Positions 49,870 through 59,047 of a stretch of DNA of 59,047 nt are shown in pieces. Position 1 is the stretch's first letter. Each line of letters begins with the position of its first letter. A model generated the notes under the pieces. It was not told the origin of the DNA. It worked only from the letters and a program-made list of their open reading frames with translations, and did not search any database. This DNA is from Octopus bimaculoides (lineage: Eukaryota): assembly GCF_001194135.2 (NCBI RefSeq), contig NC_068987.1, positions 70,207,731 through 70,266,777 of the forward strand, given 5' to 3'. A program made the position numbers and the translations under genes.

Positions 49870-51005
49870 TTATATTTCATATAAGATATGTTTCCATATC
49901 TTTTCGTCTATAATAGTCATGTCACTACCTGTGTCGAACTACAATTTTACACTTGTATTTGAAATTTTCACATATACGAATTTTCTGTTCGCTGTATTAC
50001 CCTGTTTTTTTCGAGGGGGGGGGGTCGACGATAAACTTTTTTTTCCTTTGTTCCGTCGTTCTGTCATCTTTGTTCTGCAGAGTGTCTTTATATGTCCTAT
50101 ATTATCACAATGAAAACACTCCGCCTTTTTAAATGGACATTTTTCCTCATATGTACACTTCCACATGCAAAACATGGGTTTATTTCCTGAATTGTATTGT
50201 GTGTTGTTAGAAAACACCTTATCTCTATTCTGATTATTTCGCACTGGTTTTACTTGGAAACAATCTTTACGTTTAATTTTCTGTGTTGTGTCTTTAAGTA
50301 TCCTTTCATTTCTTCAGACACATTCTGCAGGGTTACATCCTGGTTTTGCTCTAGCTTTACAAGAATTCTAGTTCTGACTTTTCAGCAGTTCTCCTTTTCA
50401 GCAGTTAGTCCCTGTGTAAAAGTCAGGCATTTGAACATATCTGGAGTTAAATTATCCAGCTTAAACTTCTCGCATTCCCTGTCTACTCTACCAGCATATG
50501 TGACAAAGACTTCGTCGTTGTTTTTCTTTATGTACAGACACTTCAAACGCGTGTTGAACAATGAGCTTTTTCCACTGATAATTTCACACAATATATCTAT
50601 TGAGTTATTTGTGTCCGAGGGTTTTTCTTGAGAATACATAATTACTGTATCGTTTATGGTCTGTTGCCGCCAGTTTTCTCAAGATTAAGCGCGTTTCTAT
50701 CTCGTCATCCCAATCTTTAAATTCTTTCTCGAAGATTTGCTCATATCTTCTGTACTATGCTTTGAATGTAACTCCTTCGTCAAGATCGTATTTCAATTCT
50801 GATATGGGGTTCGCGACATAGTCTGTCAAGAACACTTTCTCTAACATTCCTGAAGACTTCAGTAATTGCAGCATTTGTTGCTGTAGTATTATTCGTTGTT
50901 GTTGCTTCTGTTGTTGCTCTTGCAGTTGTGTCTGTTGCTGTTGTTGTTCTGTCAGTTGTTGTTGCTGTCTTTGCAACTCGAGCAAACCTGCCAACAAATT
51001 TTCCA
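49870..51005 (-). pseudogene. Ty3/Gypsy gag plus start of aspartic protease, decayed
   Basis: ORF 50755-51006: Q-rich N-terminus then VANPISELKYDLDEGVTF. ORF 50382-50639: KSSLFNTRLKCL..YAGRVDRECEKFKL..DMFKCL.FTQGL. ORF 49939-50244: zinc knuckle CFHCDNIGHIKTLC. Then VKL*FDTGSDMTII (protease DTG motif). No RT or integrase downstream. Confidence 0.9.
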
Positions 51006-51177
51006 TAATTTTACGATTTTTCGTAAAATTCGTACATCAACTTTGTGAGTTTTTATAAATTCCTCTTACAATTTCTATTAACACCACGTGAACTGGTATA
51101 TTTTCGCCGAGTTTATTAATTCCTCATGAGTTGTTTAAATCCTCGTCGAGTTTATTAATTCCTCGTGAATTGTTTAA

Positions 51178-51261
51178 ATCCTTGTCACCACTGTTGTAAT
51201 CCTCGTTGCCACTGTTGTAATCCTCGTTGCCACTGTTGTAATCCTCGTTGCCACTGTTGTA
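51178..51261 (-). promoter_or_regulatory. Four tandem 21-bp units, each LTR end plus primer-binding site (tRNA-Ser GCT type)
   Basis: Minus strand: (tacaacag tggcaacgaggat) x3, then tacaacag tggtgacaaggat. TGGCGACGAGGAT is complementary to the 3' end of metazoan tRNA-Ser(GCU), ...AUCCUCGUCG-CCA. Confidence 0.7.
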
Positions 51262-51560
51262 ACTTGCATCGTTAGTGTTATAGCCTTTATATGTCGGTAT
51301 ATTAATACGCCCACTTCGGTTATCGCAGTATCGCTATTAGGTCCGTAAGACACGATTTTCAACACAGTCTAACACCGTACTCCCCGATACTGGCCGACAT
51401 CACCTTACTTATAGTGACCTTTCATTCCACTCGTCGCGTCGAAGGCGTGTACCATTATTACTAATTCCCTAGAACAGAATGAATACTGGACTTAAATATA
51501 TTTTACTTCAATCTACTATTAAAATTAGAAATTGTATATTACTTTTTAATAGACACCACA
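51255..51560 (-). mobile_element. Probable 5' LTR of the Gypsy element (~306 bp)
   Basis: Minus strand begins TGTGGTGT and ends TTACAACA (TG...CA with short terminal IR), immediately 5' of the PBS. No matching 3' LTR in the window. Confidence 0.6.
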
Positions 51561-51950
51561 GGATTAGCTACTTTTATGGTTTCCAATCACTAGAAATGTA
51601 TATTTTGACATAATGTAGAAGGATATTCGAATGCGTTTCATGATCAATTAAATATCAGACGTAAAAGCATAATATTCTTAGCTGATTTGGATAAGACAAC
51701 TTCAATTATGTTGCTTAGAAATGTTGCAACTGAAAGTATGTTCTTTATAGTCAGTGTCATAATTTTTTTCCAGATAAGCAGCTCGTAATGGATCATATAC
51801 ATACATAAACACACATACATAAATAGAAATAGATAGATACATACATATATAAGTATATATACATACATGTATATATACATATATATGTGTGTATATATAC
51901 ATAGATATATGCGTGCGTGAGTATGTGTACGTAAGTACATATATGTATAT

Positions 51951-52031
<81 letters not shown>

Positions 52032-52647
52032 AAATAATCTGTTCATAAGAAATAATCCAGCTGTGATTCAGAAAAGATAACAGTGAAATAACAGAACTCA
52101 AGTATATTTATAAGATGAATACATTTCAGCATTTACATGACGCTAAGTTTAGTTCTCTCTTCCGGTTTCTGGGAGGTTATGGACATGAAACACAAGTCTC
52201 TGATTTGATGTGATTCTCATCAATCACAGGTTAAAATTTCCCTTGTACACACTTTCCTATTTACTCTTTGACTAATCCTATCCAGGAAAATCGAATAATT
52301 TAAAGTAGCGCCGCGAGTTAAAATAGAAAGCATAACTACTTGACTGGCTGAGACCGAGTTTCCAGCTTTGCAACGTTACACACACTTATAGTTATTGTGT
52401 CTCTTAATATATTATTTTATCTTAATAAAATTAATGATTTGCAATAATAAAATTCTAAATAAATTCATTACGACGTAATGAAAGAAGGTTGAATATTAAC
52501 CAATATGTAAATAATATCTACGGATTTGTATTGTGATTACATTCGGTTGGAAACGGGTGTTCTAGACTCTGATCAACACATGAAGTGTCTTTTATTATAG
52601 TATATATACACATACACACACACACCCATGCACGCACGCACACACAC

Positions 52648-52727
<80 letters not shown>

Positions 52728-52752
52728 TTAGATAGATAGATAGATAGATAGG
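52648..52752. repeat. (GATA)n microsatellite
   Basis: Direct read. Confidence 0.95.
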
Positions 52753-53099
52753 TATATAGATATATATAGTTTTAGAAGACAATATTTATAAAGTCAAGTT
52801 ATAATGATTAACAGAAATCATAACTATTATTGGCTAGCAGAAAATTAGAAGAGAAATGTGAATTTATTTCAAATGGGTGTATCGTAGCAAAATAAGTTAG
52901 CTTAATTTACTTATATATAACAAAAAAAAAATCTACTTTGAATTAGTGGATTGTTTCCATTTAAATGTTAGGTTTAACGAGATAGGGAAAGGAAAAAGAG
53001 AAATATAAGAACCAGAACAGAATGAAAAAGAAATATACCTGTCTACTAACTTGCGTTTGTAAAATAAGATTTAACTGATATTGTCAGATACTATTAAGG

Positions 53100-53880
53100 T
53101 AACATGATATTAAATAGATGAAAACAACTTTACGAGTTATTACATAAGATTTTGATGGGATTTACCTTGTTAAAAGTACAAATAAATATATAAATACCAT
53201 ATAAAATACAATAATTCAAGGTGGAGATATGTGTGGAAAATGTATAGATTCAAATTTACTGCCAATGTGGAAGCTAAATGAGTATAGAAAAAGCAAGAAT
53301 TTTATTCTTAATGCACAAGCTAAAGGGAATTAGGTGATAGTGAGTAATGCTGTCAGTGGCAAGTTAAATGGATTAAGGGGAAATGTATTGAAATAATGTA
53401 TTTACACAGAAAATAAAAGAAAATTGTGAGGAACTAAATGGTTTAGATGTTTGGATTATAAATGTTCAGTGCAAGAGGATTATATGCTTGGAGAATTAAC
53501 TTGTTAAAGGTTAATAGTATTCGTAACTCGTAATAGTACTTAATTATTTAAAGAAATTAATACAGATACAGATTTCACCGTAGTGTTTATGGAGTATGAC
53601 TAGATTAAAGTGGTTGTTTGTAAATGTAAATGCATAATAATCCTGATTAAATGAACGGTTGCCTTTAAATACATAATTGGGGTACATCTTATTAGGAAAC
53701 AGGAGTATAATTAATGGAATAGGAAAGATAAGAGGGAAAATTATAGAAATACCTGGAGTAATATAGGCGAGATCATTAGAAGTAAATATAAAGTATGCAG
53801 GATTGTAAGTAAACAGATATACATAAGTGTTATTGCTCCTAATTTGATCACACAAGGTATGCATATGTTGGTAATACCTA
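53100..53880 (-). mobile_element. Possible ancient LINE RT-thumb remnant
   Basis: ORF 53544-53864 PNKM...YAFTFTNNHFNLVILHKHYGEICICINF loosely resembles NxxK...Y.FxLNN..V..YKYLGI.I..LN. Weak. Confidence 0.3.
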
Positions 53881-56199
53881 AATATTTAAATATGTTCGAA
53901 TTTCGGCCAATGTACGTCCGCGAAATGTTCTTATTTATGTTGTTGCTTTGTTTGTAATATTATTAACATTGCATTTGGATAACAAAGAGCAATAATTTTT
54001 TTGTGGCCTACGAAAAAAATTCCATAAAAGTTATAACAAGGCGTAGTTGACTTATAGTGACCTGCAGTCGTTATACTTTGTGCGAAATTAAATGTAGCGA
54101 AATATATTTTAATGCCATTTTTGTTGAACATCGCTCAAAGTAGCCTCACAGTGAAGTAAATGGTGAACTGAATACTGGCATATGGTATGGCATATTTTAT
54201 TTTCTGCGAGTGCTTTTAATTCTGAGTATACTTATAACTTTCTGCGCTTTCTAATTTGAAGATTTTGGTTGCCATATACGCTAAATATTCTTAGTAAATA
54301 CCTTTAAATTTATTATCTAATTTTAGACTATTGGAATGTTTATGAATGTAATGTAAGATCTTATTCGGTTGCAATCTTTTTGATTCAACGATTTGCCATG
54401 TTACAAACATGGTCAAGTTATAAAATGTCAACTTGAGGAAGACAAGTATATACAGGCATTAGAGACAGAATTTCGTCGAAAATTCTAATTTTGGTTTCCT
54501 TGTACGACGCCCTTTCGCATCAACAACTAGATTTTATTGTATTTGAATAAATATCTCAAGTTGTCCAGGCAAATGCTTTTGTTGGTGGATGAATGTGCGG
54601 GTCTCAGGAGCGGATATGACTGCCAAATATCGGAACCCGTCACTCACTTTCACTCCCGAGACGATGTCGTTTCGTCTAGCTCCGAGTAATACTATGTTGT
54701 GTTTTTAAGCACAATATGCCTTTAAAATGGGTATAGCCTCGACAGAGGACTACGGCGTCACAGCATCTAACATATATATGCATTAAGTTACTTTATTTAA
54801 GCTGCTTCAAATAAAAATTCTCACATACATACATACACTATTGCCCGAGTGCCACTGAAATGACACATACCAAGTCACTCATCAGAATTACGTATCAAAT
54901 TTATTTGCCAAAAGAAATTGAATTATCTAGAATTTAAATATATAGAGATTTGGATGTGATTACAAGATTTCATTTACATATTACAAGACAAACTAACTAA
55001 AAATTAACAAAGCATTTCACAATAACATAGAAAAGGACCGATTTGAGAAAAGATCGCCTTCAAACAAATTCTAATAATATGAACGTTCCCTCAGAATTTC
55101 AGAAGCAGATAAATGATATGATCCTAAAGGACACGCCACTTTGTATAATAATATCAAACAAGAGATTTCTTGAAGAGTATCTCAAAAACACCCAACGAAC
55201 GAGGCAGACTGGATCACAGTCTTACCACAAATATAGGGACAAGCACTCTCTCTCTCTCTCTCNNNNNNNNNNNNNNNNNNNNNNNNNNNNNNNNNNNNNN
55301 NNNNNNNNNNNNNNNNNNNNNNNNNNNNNNNNNNNNNNNNNNNNNNNNNNNNNNNNNNNNNNNNNNNNNNNNNNNNNNNNNNNNNNNNNNNNNNNNNNNN
55401 NNNNNNNNNNNNNNNNNNNNNNNNNNNNNNNNNNNNNNNNNNNNNNNNNNNNNNCAATATCAAAGTAGAATGTAAAACGTGAACAAACTGGGGACGACAT
55501 CAAAGCAAGGCTGCATAATTCGTGCTCTCAGATTATAAGATTTTAGCGTGGTAGCAACCAGCAAAACTAAGATTTCTTACATGCGCAACAGGTGCCTATC
55601 TTTGAACGCTTCGTAAAATACACATTTCTTAGCCAGCATGATTCGGTAGACGGAGGGGCAGAGTTGTTTCAGATTCCAAGATACAACTTTTCTTTCTGAA
55701 ACTGGAAGGAAAGTCTACGGCTTAACACGTGAGCAGCAGCAGAAAGACGATACCTTCAGACTAGCGACAGGGCAGCCGGGTTTCTTTGAAGGGTTCTAAG
55801 AATCGCCCCAATGCTTAAAACAAATGGGCAACTAGAACGGAATTCCAGAGTGACAATGGGTTTGCGCAGCTATTACCGTTAGAAGAGAGGGTTGCAAAAG
55901 CTTCGCAATCCTGTTCGAAGTTTCCAACTATCTCACAGGTATCGATTGGATTGCTCGAATGTGAAGCTGAGGGCGTGAATATTAGATCGCATGAAACTAG
56001 AGGATGGTTTACATTGTTTCGAAGAGGCTTATAGCATGATAAAAAGAAATGGTGGTAAAGTGGTATACAGTAATACGTTAAATGTTTCTTCTTAACAACA
56101 TATAACTCGAGAAGAGAAGGCAAAAACTAAGTAAATAACCGTAAATATCAGAACAGAAGCAAAATCAAAGTGACTGAAATCAGAAACTGGTAAATAATT

Positions 56200-57130
56200 G
56201 CATCTATAGATGCAACAACAACGTCAGCACAATCACCTTCATCATCATCAGCAACAATGAGAACATTACCAGCGACAACAACGGCAACGGGAAGCACATT
56301 ATAATCCTCACTGCATACTGTAGCCTGGATAACAGCAGCGAAAACTACAATAATAATAATGGTTACATTATTATAAACAAGTCAAAATAAACACTACGTC
56401 GGCATTGGCAACGACCTCAACAACGTCCTCGTCGTAGCTAATGTCTCAAACGTCAATGTCATCTTCCTTACCTTTATTGTCATTTTCGCAGTCGTCTTCC
56501 ACCTCCCTCCTCATCCTTCTCATCATCATTATCGTCATCATTACCATAATCATCACCATCTTCATCATTAACAGCAGCAGCAGCACCAGCAGCAGCGGCG
56601 GCGGTAGCATCTTCAATATCCACATCAGCCATAGGCAAAATAGTTACAACACAATTGACAAAAATATCATCAATATCATCGTCATCATTGTCGTCATCGT
56701 TGTCTTTCTAGTGATAATGATGGGCCTCACCACCACCACCCTCATCATCATCATCATCATCATCATCATCGTTATTATCATCGAATTCAACATCAACAAT
56801 AAATACCACAACGACAAAAACAACAAAACAACAGCAAGAGCTACAACTGCAACAACATCTACAGAATGCATCTATCAACGAACATATTGACAGTGGCAAA
56901 CAACAGCGACATACGCCAGGAATAACGATCGCACCACGCCACAGCACTCAACGCCACACCGATTGAAACAATGATACTAACGAAGACAAAGACGGCAGCG
57001 ACGACAACAAAACCAAAAATAAAAGCAACAGTCAATAACTCAAACGATGTACAAAAAGCAATATACCATCAGAAACAACAGCAGCTAAACTGAATAGCTG
57101 TAATAAGAAAGATACGGCAGCAGTAACCAG
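56200..57130. repeat. Degenerate A/C-rich trinucleotide mosaic (CAA/CAT/CAG/CAC)
   Basis: Direct read; source of ORFs 56441-56947. Confidence 0.8.
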
Positions 57131-57580
57131 TGGAAACAAACCCACACTCACACACATGCAAACACACACCGCGCGTTCACATGCACATATACACACGTGA
57201 ACACACACAGACATACACATACGCGCACGGGTACACACACACATATATATTCAAACAAACAAAAATACAATAGTGAAACAAGCTATAAAGCATGCATGCC
57301 AGTTTTAATCCAGTTCTTCCTCGAGTCGGGATTGGTTTATCGTCTTATATTCATGTAATATGCATCTTATATTCTCTAATAACACCCAAGCCTACGTCAT
57401 CTTTCATCGCAATTTGACTTGTTTTACAGAAATACATGACATCAGGGTCATTAAGAGAAAACTGCGCATGTATTATTGCAGGTGAATATACGCATATGTC
57501 GATAGGCACAGATATAAATGCATAAACGTGCACACACACGCACATGTACATATAGACATATATACAGTGGTGTGTGTTTA

Positions 57581-57618
<38 letters not shown>

Positions 57619-58005
57619 NNNNNNNNNNNNNNNNNNNNNNNNNNNNNNNNNNNNNNNNNNNNNNNNNNNNNNNNNNNNNNNNNNNNNNNNNNNNNNNNNN
57701 NNNNNNNNNNNNNNNNNNNNNNNNNNNNNNNNNNNNNNNNNNNNNNNNNNNNNNNNNNNNNNNNNNNNNNNNNNNNNNNNNNNNNNNNNNNNNNNNNNNN
57801 NNNNNNNNNNNNNNNNNNNNNNNNNNNNNNNNNNNNNNNNNNNNNNNNNNNNNNNNNNNNNNNNNNNNNNNNNNNNNNNNNNNNNNNNNNNNNNNNNNNN
57901 NNNNNNNNNNNNNNNNNNNNNNNNNNNNNNNNNNNNNNNNNNNNNNNNNNNNNNNNNNNNNNNNNNNNNNNNNNNNNNNNNNNNNNNNNNNNNNNNNNNN
58001 NNNNN

Positions 58006-58045
<40 letters not shown>

Positions 58046-58939
58046 GTGTTTATATATCTTGTATATATAATTCATACATATATGTGTATATGTATATGTG
58101 CGTGTGTGCATGTATGTGAGTGTGTGTGTGTATGTGTGTGAGTATGTGTGTAAATGTATGTGTGTGAGTTCGTGTGTGCATGTGTGTCTGCGTGTATGTT
58201 TGTTTCTGTGTTTGTGCTTGAGCTTGAGTGTGTGTGTGCATTTTACGCATACACGAGTTCATGCGCTGCCGCTTACACCATATGCTTGTATTTATGTCTC
58301 TAGGGGTTTGACTCTGTATTTTTTTATATATTTGCCCGTTGAAAATATTCATAGACAATTTTGAATGAAATTTATGATAGCAGTACTTGATTTGAGTAAA
58401 ATATTAGTTACACTTTCTGGGAAACAGATTGACCTCATAAACGCTTCCCTGATGTAGTCTTATGCTAAGGTCATAAAAATGGTAGCTATTTCGATGAAAT
58501 AATATATTGTTACCCATTCAAAATAATTTGTAGTGACAGAGATATTTGGTAGTTATTTAATAATAACTTTATCGCATCTAGATATACGTACCTGCTGATC
58601 TCATCAACTCTATACGTCCAGTCTTGCTCCAGCAATTGCACAATCTTATTTCTGCATAAATTTTCTTTGTCATCCAATTTCTGTCAACATCCAACTGGTT
58701 TTGCTCTCAAAAATGTATCTACATCTCATCAAACATATGTATGGAAAGTATATATTCAACATATAAGGATTGCAAATCTGAGTTTGAAAGCAACGATGGC
58801 CACAAAATATGTTAGTTAATGTTAGTTTGAAGCAGGTTCAAACGTACTTTATTAATCTGTTGCCTCCCTGCATTATGCGTGTGTGGCTGTGTGTGTGTGT
58901 TCACATATGTACATATAAAGTTGTGTACTATATACATAC

Positions 58940-58972
<33 letters not shown>

Positions 58973-58999
58973 CATTTAGGTGTGTGTGTGGGTTTGTGT

Positions 59000-59047
59000 A
59001 TCTGGTGTGTTTACGTCCCCGTAAATTAGCGGTTTGTCAAAAGAGAC
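59000..59047 (+). mobile_element. Family B repeat cut by the window end
   Basis: ggtgtgtttacgtccccgtaaattagcggtttgtcaaaagagac. Confidence 0.8.

Noticed and set aside
51178-51261. CRISPR-like array
   Set aside because: Eukaryotic context, no unique spacers; the units are explained as LTR end plus PBS.
55640-56110. Possible host exon or RTE RT remnant (IPE*Q.G.R-like)
   Set aside because: All frames are interrupted and similarity is limited to a few residues; cannot be supported without a search.

Overview
AT-rich, repeat-dense eukaryotic DNA with seven assembly gaps. The microsatellite load and the SINE/LINE families I recognise suggest a coleoid cephalopod, most likely Octopus; this is inferred from repeat recognition, not a database hit. 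I find no convincing host protein-coding exon, rRNA, true tRNA or CRISPR array, so the window is intergenic or deep intronic. Most ORFs in the supplied track are microsatellite or N-gap artefacts. Supported content: (1) two decayed Penelope-like (RT/GIY-YIG) retroelements; (2) about ten fragments of RLE-type (R4/Dong-like) non-LTR retrotransposons, many abutting (AAT)n tracts; (3) a full-length but inactivated CMC/Chapaev3-like DNA transposon with ~120-bp TIRs, nested inside one LINE's RT; (4) a Ty3/Gypsy 5' end (LTR, four tandem PBS copies, gag, start of protease); (5) a mariner deletion derivative; (6) several SINE-type families; (7) a 460-bp near-perfect palindrome. The most interesting signals are a candidate non-canonical minimal hammerhead ribozyme with a swapped G3:C8 core at 38351-38410 (minus strand), the palindrome at 10566-11025 with nested hairpins, the fourfold tRNA-Ser primer-binding site, and the (AAT)n-associated LINE stack.
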